Origin: Bispira polyomma
Lineage: Eukaryota
Direction of reading: 5' to 3'
Assembly (NCBI GenBank): GCA_965649765.1
Contig: OZ287759.1
Span: 24,614,001-24,678,000, forward strand
Length of the DNA: 64,000 nucleotides
The first letter of the stretch is position 1, and each line of letters opens with the position of its first letter. The position numbers and the translations under genes were made by a program. The notes under the pieces are model-generated. The model did no database searches. It was not told the origin of the DNA and was given only the letters and a program-made list of their open reading frames with translations. Positions 40,946-54,059 of the stretch are shown here, piece by piece.

Positions 40946-43559
40946 TTCAAATCAAATTCCTTGTTGAATCGGACATCGGAATCGCATCATATATATCCAG
41001 GTAGTGGCTTGGATAATTACTAAATCAGCTGTCCTCTTGTTACTGATTCATATACCAATTCAATTGTTGATGTCTATACTATTCCTTTTCAAGTAAATTA
41101 TTACTTTTTTAATCTGTCCAGAGTATATCAACGACTAGAATATAAATGTAATTTAAAATTATTTAAATCACCCATTATAAAATATATAACTGAGAGGTAT
41201 TTGAAATATATTTAAAAACAAATAATACAACTTGAATATCAAAATTTAATGAAGGAATTTTGTTGTTGTGTTTTTGTTGTTAAAAAATATCCCAACATCC
41301 ATTTATCAGTCATGATGCAACAAGGTTTGGCATATGGTGATTGGACCTTTACAAGATTGTTTCGTGGGGACATTCGTAACTTGTAACTGTAATTAAGGAC
41401 ATTTTATCGGATTCAATCACGCCAACTGGGGATTTTTAATTTAACTGCAGAGTCGGTGGCCTTAAGTTCTTAATACCATACAGTATTACACCCAGCTGAG
41501 CCCAAGAGTCCAGGGGCTGTACAAATGATTCCTCTCTATACACACACTATATACTAGGCTGATTGTTATTGTCATGGGCATATACTGCTACTGCAAAATA
41601 CCATCATATATTTAGCTAGCCCTCTTTGCACCACTACTAAATAATTTTATTCTTTTTTTTTTTTTTATTTTCTGTTTTTTTTTTTTTTTTTTTTTTTTTG
41701 TGAAAATATGTATCATGTATACAAGAAATAAATAAATAAAGTTACATCAAATTTATTTTGGGTTGATAATGTCGCTTTCAATACATTTGGTGATAATTAT
41801 TACAACTACCAGTTCACTGGTGCAGAAAATATGAACTTAGATTAATTGGTCAGGTTTTCTGCTCTGCTAACCAACTGGCTTTTAGCAAGTCTACTACCAA
41901 CTTTCCCATATAAAACACTTAAAACCTATCTCTTCAAACTCCCATAATTCCCTCTATATACACCCCACATTGTTTCTTACGACCTTGGCTATGTTTTGGA
42001 GACTTTTCGATTGCCCATTTTTTTAATTAAGCCTTCTTGTGGAGTAGTCAATAGATTCTGTTGGTTCACTTTAGAAGATGTCTCACACTAATAAGGCACG
42101 TTAAAAATAACAATTATAATACACTGCAATGCAATGTGGATATATTACCCACCAGGTCGCAGTAGCAGGTAAACCGAGATATAGTCATATTCATTGAGTT
42201 GTAATATCGACAGGTGCTGCCAGACATCAATTTTAGGCCAGGGGCACTGGATGATATTTTATTAGTTAAAGTCTACCATGCAGAAAATAAATATTATTGC
42301 TTTTAAAATACATGTAACAATCGGATCAGGTTTCCATTTAACATGCAGCAGAGAGAGGGGGCCTCGGCGGTGCAGTGGTAACAGTCATGGGTTTGAAAAA
42401 GTTTACATATGACAAGCTAAAGGATGTTTTTTAGAGAAGAGATAACCTTTACCAACTACCCTGCTCTGTCTCTCCCGTCGTGATTGGCTAAACCCAAACT
42501 AAAATAAGTAAGTCAAACTAACAAGTCAAATTAAATCAAGGTGCAAACGCCAGAAGCAATATTTGAGATTGTTTTTAATTTTAAATGCAACTGGCAAGAA
42601 CTTCTAAAAACTGCATTAAATATTAATTACTTTCACCTACGCCTTTGTTAAAAATCGGTTTAGTTTTTGTGTAATTTTATCTTGGACTCTTAGTTGATGA
42701 AAGATATTTTTTTGTATACAGAAATATCATGTGACAAAGGCTTGCATTCGTTTTAGTTTTTCAGTTGCTTCTTTTTATTAAAAGGCCAAAAGTGTAAGAT
42801 TTCAAGTAAAATTCCGCATGGTGGATGCTAGATCACGTCTTACTACACTGAGTGTGGTCCAAATCTGGTGCTTCTTATTGTACAGATTTAGATAAAGCAG
42901 TGTATAATGGGATATTATAGTAAAAGGCTGAGGGATTAGTTTGCGACATTAATGAGTCAGCCTTTCATTTAGATTAAAACTAGATTTGTGCAACATGTTT
43001 TTATAGATTAGAGTAATGATACTAAATTATCTGTTTTAGCCCCACCATTCAAAATTCATTTAGATTATTGCCTTGTAACTAAAATTGGGTTAAGATTACC
43101 CTTGGAGTAGCATAAAATTAAGTCTAAGCTATCCCCTGTTTAAAATTTTACTGTTCTTTTAAAATTATAAATCTTCACTCGAGCGGTATGTTACTGTATA
43201 TGCCTATATATTAACTTGTACAAAAATAAACACAATGAAACTTCATTTTACTGTCTGCTACTTTTTAAACATCAGATCTGGAACTAACTTACCTTATTAT
43301 AACCAATGGACTGTGCTAAAATGTGACAAATAACCTGGATTACACTTTTTGACAGCAAACCACACATCTGTGTATTAAATGTATTCAAAGCAAGTAATAG
43401 AATCTGGTCAAACTAGCACGGTACAAGTATTTATTTAGAAGGTCTTAAATTCCAGACCCTAGCACGATTGACATGGAAATGAAATACCTGCCAACAGATA
43501 ATATCTTCTTTGCAAAACTTGTAATTTCCTCCTTGCATGATCTTGGAGTTACATATCAA

Positions 43560-43711
43560 GTATGGTTTAGAAACTGTAGCACATAAGTCCAATTACAACT
43601 GGCAGTTCATGTATAGTGTAGAAATGGTTGCACATAAGTCATATTACAACTGGCAGTTCATGTATAGTGTAGAAATGGTTGCACATAAGTCATATTACAA
43701 CTGGCAGTTCA
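43560..43711. repeat. 51-bp minisatellite, 3 copies
   Basis: Unit tgtatagtgtagaaatggttgcacataagtcatattacaactggcagttca. Confidence 0.95.
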
Positions 43712-44034
43712 CCGGTAGAAGAACTTAGAACAGGGGTAGTGAAGAATATGTTAATTAGTTTTTGATGTCTTTAATTAGTGCAGATGAAAGTTGCTAAATC
43801 GGTACAAATTTGACTAAGGATGAATGAATAGCAGTGATTTTTGATTTTAGTCTAGTTGAAGTTTAAAGTCGTTTATAAATTGTCTTGTCCCATATCACAA
43901 AGAGGCGGATCTAATTTGCAAAACAACTGGCCTTAAGCAAGTTTACTGCCAACTTTTCAAAAGACACACTTACGCCAAGGTTTAAACCCACTCCCATTTT
44001 ATGGTTGGAGAATTACAAAAGTTAATATACTTAC

Positions 44035-44101
44035 CTCCTGCTTCGTAAATATTTGGATGCGGAATAAGTAAAAGAGTACTAGTGAATATGTAATATTTCA
44101 T
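44035..44101 (-). CDS. Candidate signal-peptide first coding exon, MKYYIFTSTLLLIPHPNIYEAG (phase 1)
   Basis: ATG at 44101; 67 nt ending in a consensus donor GAG|GTAAGTAT; upstream of the Ig-like exon on the same strand. Confidence 0.45.
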
Positions 44102-46324
44102 TTTAGAATATTTTATTCCCTGTTCAGTTAACAATTTAAAAAATCCTGTTTAGAAAATATGTAAAGATATATACTTGTTCAACGCAAATTTTAGTGATGT
44201 GTAAATCATGTTTTCCCGAGCTGCACTATACCTCCTTTATTGTTCAAGGTCAAATTTCATTTTACATCAAGGGCACTGCAGTGCTTAATTACTGAAAAGA
44301 GAAAAAAAGAGACCAACTGATAGCCTAAAGTGGATCTCTTATCAATCCACAGTATTAACTCCACTGCATGCTCTAAGATTGCAAAGTCGCTGCTGGTGGT
44401 TTTGTGAGCTGCGGTCGATTGAACAGCTTTATCACAGCAGTTGGAGAAGGAGTCTAATCATGGCATTGGAGAACACTAAACCCCCATTATCTGTGTAACC
44501 GGAGTGAATTGTCAAACCCCTAGACTGACATCTGAGAAAAGTAACACTGTAAAACCAGGCCTTATTAAAACGGAAAAGATGTCAACTAAGAGAGTCTTTA
44601 GTTAATATTCTGTGAGGATCTTCTTTTTTTGTTCACATTTCAATTGTCATTTTTCTCTCTGGTGGTTGGTAATATTGTATATTATTTGGCTTTTTGGTGG
44701 TTACATATTACATCATTTGTTAGTCCACTGACACTTTTAAAAAAGTATTTCACTTCGTTTAAGCATTATGGAATTTTAACAAAACGTTAAAACTATATGA
44801 TGATGAACAAATGCTAGGTGCTAAACTATATTTTAAGCACAAATTATTCAACATACAATTTGCATTTATTAAAAAAAATAGGAAAGCTATATTTTTTTGT
44901 TATTTTCGTTCATTAACGCATTCTTCATGGTAACTGTCAACTGCATCAGTTACTCTCATTCCCCTAAAAAAATGGAGATAGAACCCAGTGATAGAGGGCT
45001 GCCATTTTATATGGTCATCCGGCAAACATGTATTCACATATTGCCCAAGGATGTTATCCCACCAATGAAACTAGCGGCCGGTGCCGGGAGTAGAACCTCC
45101 TGATCATCAGAACACATATTGTGACGATGCATGTTAAAATTTGGTTGGTATAGACTTATTTTAAAAGGTAGGGTGGGGAGTCGTCCTAAATCCGCATGTG
45201 AACTCCAGTTCTGATATACAGTATATGACTCTATATTATACCTAATGCTGGATCAGTTTGCTTCAGTGGCCAATACATTAGGATAAGTCTCCAATTTTAT
45301 GACAGATAATGTAACACTACAGGCCGACCAGCTGAGGCCACAGCCATTAAATACACACTCACTGTGACCCATGTGATTTAACAGTTATTTTTTGAGTGGA
45401 AGTTTGAAACCCCCAATACACATTTTTCCCTTACTTAAGCAGTGTATTCTATCTTTACTTAAATAGTCCCGGTATTAAACTGTACATTTTAAAAATATGC
45501 ACAAATAATAGAGATCCCCAGACAAAGTGGAAATACAAATAAACACACAGATATTGTTGCAAATAGCCTGGTTCCCAGTCAACATGATTATTGTGCAATT
45601 CACTGCTGTATCGGCAAAAAAAAAGCAAGCTGCAGCAAATTCAAAACAATCTTTGCAGAATTGTATGCCCCCACTGCTTTGCTTCAAAAACTACCCTGGA
45701 CTATACTCGATTGAGTGTTGTAAAAATTCAAAGTAAAATGTCCTCATTATAAAGGCTGTTCATGTGCAGCAACCTAATTATCATGCCGTCTCTCAGAAAT
45801 CTTACCAGTTGAAATTGTCTCTCCACCTCTGACTTCTTACCAAAACAACTAGCAGGTTCAAAGTCATTTAAAGTTGCAGCACCTGCTGAATGGAATAGTC
45901 TTTCAGTCAGTATTCAAACTGAACCAAGGATTAAAATTATTCAGGAAAAAAATACAATCTGTATCAACTCGATTTTCTACCTTAAAATTGGTCTAGTGGT
46001 TATGAGCTTTAATTGTGAACCTTTTCATTCTATCGGATTATTCTTTTGGATATTTATTCGGATGTGTGCCGTAGAGGATGCCAAGACATAGATTGTGGTG
46101 CTACAGAAGTAAAAACATTAACATGGGTGAAAACATAACCTCCTTGTGTGGAGTTAAATAAAGCCTAGGTTAGTGCATAAATACACAAGAGAGATTCCTG
46201 CTACAGATCAGTTAAAGGGATGCATATTGGTTCACATATGCCTTATACATGTATATGCAGCATGGCCAAAACAAATCTTTTAGTAATTATGAGGTTCATC
46301 AGCAAAATCAAAGAGCCTATGGCA

Positions 46325-47045
46325 GAGGTACACCATATATGTCTAAGCATGCAGACTAGCAGTGAATGCTATGAAGACCAGTTAATGTAGCCATAACATA
46401 TTGAATATCAGTAGTATAAGCTTTATTGTTATAATGTTCACATAAAGACAATTATCGTAATATTGTACACCATATATGTCGAATCATGCAGTGTATGCCA
46501 TTGAGACTAGTTAATGTAGCCATAAGATTTTGAATATTAGTAATAGGAACTATGCTGTGATAATGTACACATGCAGGCAATTGTTGCCACAATGTACACA
46601 GTATATGTAATTTAAAAAAGTGTATGGTTTGGGAAAATCCTTTTACTCACACATGATAACATAACAATACATGTAAGACAGCAAAAAATACGGATAAATG
46701 TATATTTTACTTTGATATCTATCCTAAACTATTTTTATATATCACTTCTACCAATATTATTATACTTTATATCGTGATATAGTGTTTAGAATAAATTGCT
46801 AGAATTATATCGAAAACGATTTACTATTAACGTTGCTTCACACATTAACTGTCATTATACAACATTTAAAGTGTGTTGTACACATTTAGTGTCATTGTGT
46901 ACACAAAAAGGTAATTTGTACACATTAACAGTGTCATTGTGTACATAAGAATGTAGACTGCACATATTAACTATCATTTTGTACCAAAAAGGGTAAATAT
47001 AAGTGTCATTTTACACACAAGAAGGTAGGTTGTAGACATTACCTG
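46325..47045. repeat. Degenerate tandem repeats (~135-bp unit x2-3, then ~39-bp unit x4)
   Basis: gtacaccatatatgtc-like at ~46327, 46465 and 46594; gtgtcattgtgtacac recurs in 46870-47030. Confidence 0.7.
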
Positions 47046-47573
47046 CCACTCACACAGGGTATAGCCAACCATCACCAATAACTGTCAATTTATCTAACTA
47101 AAGAGAAATGGTTCAGTTTGACCAGTTTTTAAACTCCCCAATGTTACTTTAGCCTGATAATATAACATAGATAAGACAAAGTAACAGAGGACAACCATTT
47201 TAAGTGGTCAAACCGAGTCACTATTTATTGCCTATACGCCTGGGCGCCCCAGGCTGGAATTGTACCCAGGTTCTCTGTACTCCAAAGCGATTATGTTTCC
47301 CAATACGAAACCACAAGAAGGTTGGCTTTACAAATATTATATTGGAAGTGGGAATTAGTTTTAGCTATTTTAGGTACTGAGCTTGGAAGTGGGAAATTGG
47401 ATTCCCGGTGACAATTTAACTTTGTTTTGATAGTAACAAATGGCCCATATTGAAAATTCATTTCAGTGATGGTCTCAAAAATTGCAAATTGGTGAAATTA
47501 AAACAAAAATACACTGATACTTTAACTTTCATTATGTATATGTGAAGGTTAACTAAGTGTGAACATTTTAACA

Positions 47574-50500
47574 TTAACTATCAGTCTGTACACAAGACGG
47601 CAGGCTGTAGGCTGGCTGCATTGGTTTTAGCATCTGATTGGTTTGTACTGCAGACACAGAACAGGATGGAGGCCGTGAGGTGGCGCTGTGGTCTGGTAGA
47701 GGCGTTAGTGTGCTTCGGTGGCCATAGGCTGGGAACCTAGAATATATAGAGTATACAATGATATCAGTATGCAAATGATTTACATGGAATATGATGGTTA
47801 TTTATAACACTGAAGAGGTGTCACATTAAAAAACGTCAAAATCTATAGCACAGTTATTTAAAAAGCATTACGGCCAAATTATACTGAAGTAACTAAAGAA
47901 TCGTAAACCTTTTTGTTTTACAGCAGTAATCAAATATTTTAAAACTATGATTAAGTGAACATGTATGTATACTGTTATTATCAAAATATAACTCGGCGAG
48001 ACCAGACTTATATCTGGTGAAATAACACACTTATAACTTCATAATAAGCAACCATATTTAATGACACTTATATGTGCCACCTCCATAAATCAAATATTTA
48101 GTGTATTATTTTAAACTGTAACTGTTCATTATTCCTATGAATTTAATTGGGTTTATGTTGCTTTCAACAGATCAGGCCATATAACAACGGCCAGATTTAA
48201 TGGTGGAGGAAACCAGTGCTGAAGAACTGAAAACTACCTACCTGTTACATCGTAGTTTGCATTTTTTAATACAAGTATCTTCTAAAGCACCACAACCAAA
48301 TCAGTTTAGTAATAGACGATGTGGAGGAGTACAGGACAGGAACTAAGGGGTTTAAGTGAGTTTGAAGAGATGTGTTTTATGTTTTCTCCTAAAACTCAGC
48401 AAGTGTTTATGGTGATCTAAGCTGGGAGACTATTCCATAACAAAGGCTCAGCAATTGAGAAAGCTCTAGATCTAGCCCTCTTGATTGGTGTCACAGAGGA
48501 AACAGGAAGATAACTCTTTGGAAGTACACGAAGGCCTGTCACCTGTATGGCATAGTGACCTGTTACCTGTAGGGTAAGCTAGACATATGGTAGTACACAA
48601 CTACCTACCTGTATGGCTCTTGGTATTTGTCTGTACCCTGGAGAGGGTGTCTGACAAACATAATGACCTGTTACCTGTAGGGTAAGCTAGACATATGGCT
48701 AGACATAAATATGTACTTGTATGGCTCCTGATATTTGGCTTAACACTGGTGTGACTACCCACCTATATGGCTCCTGATCTTTAGCTGTCCCATGATATGG
48801 AGAGGGTGTCCTGATATGTGATTTAACCATGGATAGCTGGACGTCCTTACTCTGGACTCTGATCACATGATGGTGGTACTGGATGGGGTTACGGTGGGTG
48901 GTGAAAGGAAGGCGTTCTGCAATATGACAGTAGGTATGTTTTATACAATACCCTACCCTACAAGCGACGGTTTTTCCTGCTTCCCAATGATGGTTGTATT
49001 TAATTAGAACACAATGAATGTACATCATACCTGCCCCACCGATCACTAGTTCTGTCAAATGTCTGCCACTCTTATCACCAGATCTAACAAATGTCTGTTC
49101 CTCTGATCACCGGATTTACCAACTGTCTGCCCCACTCGCCAGATCTGACAAATGTATACCCATGTCATCACCAGATATATCAAATGTCTGCCCCACTCAA
49201 CAGATGTAAACAAACATTTGTCCCTTTAATCACCAGATCTAACAAATGTCTACTTACCCATCACTAAATCTAACAAATAACTGCCACTATTATCACCAGA
49301 TCTGTCAAATGCAGGCCAATGTTTTAAACAACGGCCGATCACTACAGGCGACTAATATATTTTTCTTGACTCCCAAGGATAATCGCCTTGTATAAGAATA
49401 TAATACAACAATACATCTACTGAACATACCAGGTCTGCCCAAAGCAAGCCAGAGCTTGACACAAGGACAGATCCCTTCAAGTGACTATTTTTTTTGATCC
49501 TCAAAGATAATTGTCTTTTATAAGAATACATCTGCATCACTTACCAGATCTGACAAATGCTGGCTGCTGGTCTCCAGTCGCCTGTCGCTGTATAGACACT
49601 ATAGAACTCTTCTTGTGTCTCTTCGTACAGTACACTGTGGCCACACCAAAACAGATGGCTGATACAAACACCAGGGACAGCCTGTGACAGAAAACACTCA
49701 CACAGCAGTAGATTCTGTACTGGTTGAAAGCATGCCTAGCAATCTCTGCTGTGTGGCAAAAGGCTTACCGTTGGGTTTCCATCACTTTAAACAGTCATAT
49801 CAGGCCTGAATCAGGCCATATCGTAATGGCCAATTTCCGGGGGAGAAGGAAACTGGGTTTTATATCAAGAGAGCTAAACAACCATAAACTATAGCCAAAA
49901 TTATTGACCAGTGAGAGTGGGAGTTTGCTAAAAAGAGCATTAGAAAATATGTGATTTCAATTCTGTATTATATTGTGATAAACAGTTTATTAGTTTAATA
50001 TATCCAGAAACGGAGTCAATATTTCTCGAAACAGCTTAACAACTGGCCATCAGAAAATGTACCGATAACTTTCCCACATACATGGGGGCTGATATTTAAA
50101 ACCATCACTGAAGAGGTGGGATCTGCCAGAAAGTTAAAGTTAAGATATTCAATTCAATTCAATTTATTTATTATAGTGACATGTGTATAAACCAAAACAA
50201 CATACAATAAATGTCGAACAGATACAATACACCCAGACCACCAGAGAGCTTATAAGTCACTTTAAACTAATGCAATCAATAATGTGTGGTGATATGGATA
50301 ACATAGAGTAAATATAATCATTAATTACTTTTAGGAATAAACTTCAGCTATTCTTATGTTCCATGCTTTTTCAATATAGATATGTAGAGGTCTAGAATTT
50401 AGTTTTATAATTTTTATAAATCTTTCTTCTCCTGAAATTAAACTGAAATCATTTATTTATTTTTGCAATACTTGGTACAACTGTAATCTTTGCATGGAGT

Positions 50501-52654
50501 ATAAGTCACATTCACAAAAAAAAAAGAAAAGATATTCATCTTCTACTTTATCTTTACACCAGAAACATTTTCTGTCTTTAACAGGAGTATTTGTATATCT
50601 ACTGGTTTCAATAGCAAGCGGTAATATCCCCATACGTAATTGGGCAGTTAAACTTCTTTGATATTTTGACATATTCCATTTTATGTAATTTTCAATCTGA
50701 AAATTTGCATTTAAATTTCTTGTAAACTCTTAATTTAGGCTTACAGCTTAAGTTAACTCTCCATGTAGATTCAATATGGTCTTTTATTTGGCCTTTCATA
50801 TGATTTATATCTAACTTAGTATCTTGAGTAATATTATTAATTCCAAATAGAGACATTATATTTCTAAATTTGCACACCCAATTGAAACAGGTAGACTTGT
50901 CACATTGCATTTCATATAATAATTGTTTTGGAATTCTATTGTTATCTAACTGTATTAAGTGATTCCAAAAACGATACATATTTAAATATTTTTGATACTT
51001 GATTGGAATCCATGCAGCCTCACCCATAACAGCAGTTATTGAGGCCTTATTATGAACACCAAGATAATATCTCATTATACGTAATTGTAGCTTGTTACCA
51101 TATTTATCATCACAATAACCCCACACAGCTGAGTTGTAATTCGTTATTGGGAAAACACATGTCTCGCATAATTTTTCAAATATATTGAAAACCACACATT
51201 TAATTTGTTTTATCTTACATACTATTCCACCAAATGCTCTTCCAGCTGCTTCAGACATAATTTGTTCACACTTTTTGAAGTTCAGATGGTCATCCAGTAA
51301 AACACCTAAGTATTTATAACAGTTAACTACTTCTATATGATTTTTGCCTATGACAAATTTATTCTTTGTTATCTTTTAGGAACAGTGTGTCTACGTATTG
51401 AAGAAAATTACATGAGTGACAGGTTCTAGATAGATTGAGTCACACACATACACACACAAACAACTGCTGGCATTTCATAATGGCTTCATGTAATTATTTA
51501 AATGTAGACTTTGTCAGTACTGATACATTGCAAATGCGCAAATAGAAAACCCATCATATGAGGAAGTTAACAGCCTGATCATGGATATCGTAAAGATGGG
51601 TTGGTTGCTCATTCGGCAAACACTAGTATAAAAGGATTAATCAGCAAACGAAAATACCTGTTTAAGAAAATAGAGACATATGTAACCTAGGGCCAGTGAT
51701 TTACTCTGCCATCTTGATTGCAGATTGACTGAGGGTGAATAAAGCTCTGTGAAACCAGATATTTAACTTTTACCACAGTGTGTTTTCTGACGAAAAATTT
51801 AAACATCAAGCTCAATGTTAAGAAAAGACTAAAACATCTAAAGCTGCCTCACATCTTAACCATATACTAAAGTATTGTCACATAGAATAACCTTGATCGT
51901 GTCCTTGGACCTTAAAACTCAGTCATTGGTGGCAAGGGTAGTGCTAAGCGCCAAACCTTGGTTTTACCACAATACATAAAAATGCTGCCTTGTTAAGCTT
52001 TAGACTGGTTCATATTTGAAAAAATTCATGATGTACTTGTGGGTTACACAATCCCTCGACCTTAACCCTTAGTCCTGACCCCCAACCCACCCTAACCTGT
52101 GTTCCAACTTACCAAAAGTACCAGAGTTTATAGAATGGAACAAGATCTTCATCAAGGTCCTCACTAGTACAACATCCGGTCTGACAGCACACGTGTCCCA
52201 CGGAGCACCTGTAACTTTCACTTCCTGTTGCATTTCCCACTAAGTAGTTATTTCTCACACCACAGACTGTTGCTGATATCTATATATAGATCGGTTAATG
52301 ACAGAGATAAACTTTCTAATATTATATAAATTGGGTTGGATGTCAATTGTGCATGGAGAAAATCTCCCAGTTTACACAACTACGAGTCCTGCTATATAGG
52401 TTTATATCAGAGTTGTTTTGGGGGGATCTTACTGAATAGAAAATTGTACTCTACTTGTGGTGTATTAGATTTTTAAATATAACTTAGACTTTTATCTGTA
52501 GTGAATCTATAACAACTTTCACAAATAAAAATTAGTTTGTAGATTTGTTTTCAACAAAGTCAGTCTGCACGAAAAACAAATATATAGTACCAAATATTGA
52601 CAAATAAATATACCTATAACACATATATGTCATATACCTGTGAAATGTGCCTTC
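47574..52654 (-). CDS. WBP1/VOPP1-family single-pass membrane protein (5' exon(s) not located)
   Basis: Exons 52654-52638, 52208-52113, 49681-49545, 48916-48763 and 47736-47574 are all GT-AG and phase-compatible. They join to EGTFHRCSVGHVCCQTGCCTSEDLDEDLVPFYKLWYFWLSLVFVSAICFGVATVYCTKRHKK...QEPYRFPAYGH...CVQTDS*. C-CC-CC followed by LWYFW and a TM is the WBP1/VOPP1 signature. The 48763 donor is the least certain junction. Confidence 0.85.
48145..48225 (-). mobile_element. SINE fragment
   Basis: gggtttatgttgctttcaac...catataacaacggcc...aatggtggaggaaacc recurs at ~41760, 49780-49860 and 62000-62855. A B-box-like GGTTCGATTC lies on the minus strand at ~61945-61955. Confidence 0.6.
49040..49315. 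repeat. Intronic ~31-bp minisatellite, ~9 copies
   Basis: Unit approximately tcaccagatctaacaaatgtctgccccac. Confidence 0.85.
50147..51380 (-). mobile_element. 5'-truncated LINE with C-terminal CCHC-type finger (RTE-X/Daphne-like), inside a WBP1/VOPP1-like intron
   Basis: YKYLGVLLDDHLNF, AQLRMGILPLAIETSRY...RKCFWCKDKVEDEY..CECDLY, AATAAA and an (ATTGA)n tail. Confidence 0.85.
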
Positions 52655-54059
52655 CTGAGAAATAATAGATGATTATCCATTTATTCACCATCACAAATAT
52701 TTATCAATATATTTTATAGCAACAATGCTATATAGATATAGTTATATTGTCTCTTAATATGTATGCATATTAGGTCGTTTTATTCTTCAGTGTGTTCACA
52801 TCCATATTATTTTGCAAATAGCATTTTTACCTCTTCCAGAATTTTTTTTTTTTTTTTTTTTTTGAAACAGTAGTTGTAGTTGAAAAATCTTACAGTCCCT
52901 TAGTTAATTATATAATAATATCAGCTATCTCTGAACGTTCGCTGCTGTAACTCAAGTACACTTGTATAGACTTGTGATTTGGTTCAACAACATTGTATAA
53001 AGTCAATAATAAACCCAAGAGGGCTGACAATGATGAAATATTCAGGAAGGAAATATGACCCTATGGTATAAGGTAGATTCACTGATGAAGTCATAACATA
53101 TCAATTAATCATGGATAGATTGACTGGTTTGTTGACTTATGCAGTATGTGACATTGTTTTAATAATGGATTTTAACAAATGGAACAAGTTTATTATTCGG
53201 AGTGGCTGTCATTTCAATTCGTTTTACAATAATTGTTATATGTTCATCAATAACACAGTTCAGTGTGACATATTTTGTAACACTATCATTTTACAGCATA
53301 CAATAGAATAAATGCTACGGCACCCTTCACCATGTGAAGCGTGAAAGGGAGTTGCGCCCCTTGCCGCCGGATGCTACAGGGTGGGTTAATACTCAATCTG
53401 GTTGCTTGCTGATCAACCAGCTGTTAACCCCCCTAAAAATGCATTATTATTATTATTATTAATATATAATTAAATACATTTACTCTGATATATATCTGAA
53501 TCCTTCTGTGCAAATCTAATATTGTGGCATTCATGGTCAATAACTTTGAAAAAACAGGTAGAAATGTGCTAAATAATATTACATTACTCTTTAGAATCAA
53601 CTATAATATGTATACGATATATGGCTACAAAAATTAAGGGTTGTAAGGGCTATGTATGACAGCAAATTAAATGGAAATTATCTGTTGCAATTAACTGTAA
53701 AATGAAGATATTACATAGACACAGTTGTCATAAATTGTTACTACTAGAGAAAAAAATGTGTCATCAGCATACACGATTGTTTTTTTCTGACAAAACATTA
53801 TGAAATAAAAAGTACAAATTAATTAGTTAAAAATATAAACCCCAACGTGTATAACTATAACACTAAACAAGCATTCAGTGACCGATGAATTGGTCACACA
53901 CTCGGTTTGTAGGTTTAGAGTAATTTTTGTAGTGGGTTAGCTGCAAGAGGTGGTGATAAAAGAAGAATAGTGAGTGTGTTGGTGTCATATACAGTGCTTT
54001 ATAGAACATTTTAGCTGACAAAGTCATTGACTTATTCCCATGAGTGTGCATGTGCATCA

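Noticed and set aside
43560-43711. Regular repeats that could suggest a CRISPR array (also 49040-49315)
   Set aside because: Head-to-tail units with no unique spacers, no cas genes, and a eukaryotic context.
44027-44036. ATACTTACCT, matching the U1 snRNA 5' end
   Set aside because: No U1 body follows; it is the complement of a consensus splice donor.
47240-47320. tRNA-like sequence (also ~42360 and ~61945)
   Set aside because: Only degenerate A/B-box remnants and no cloverleaf; best explained as SINE heads.
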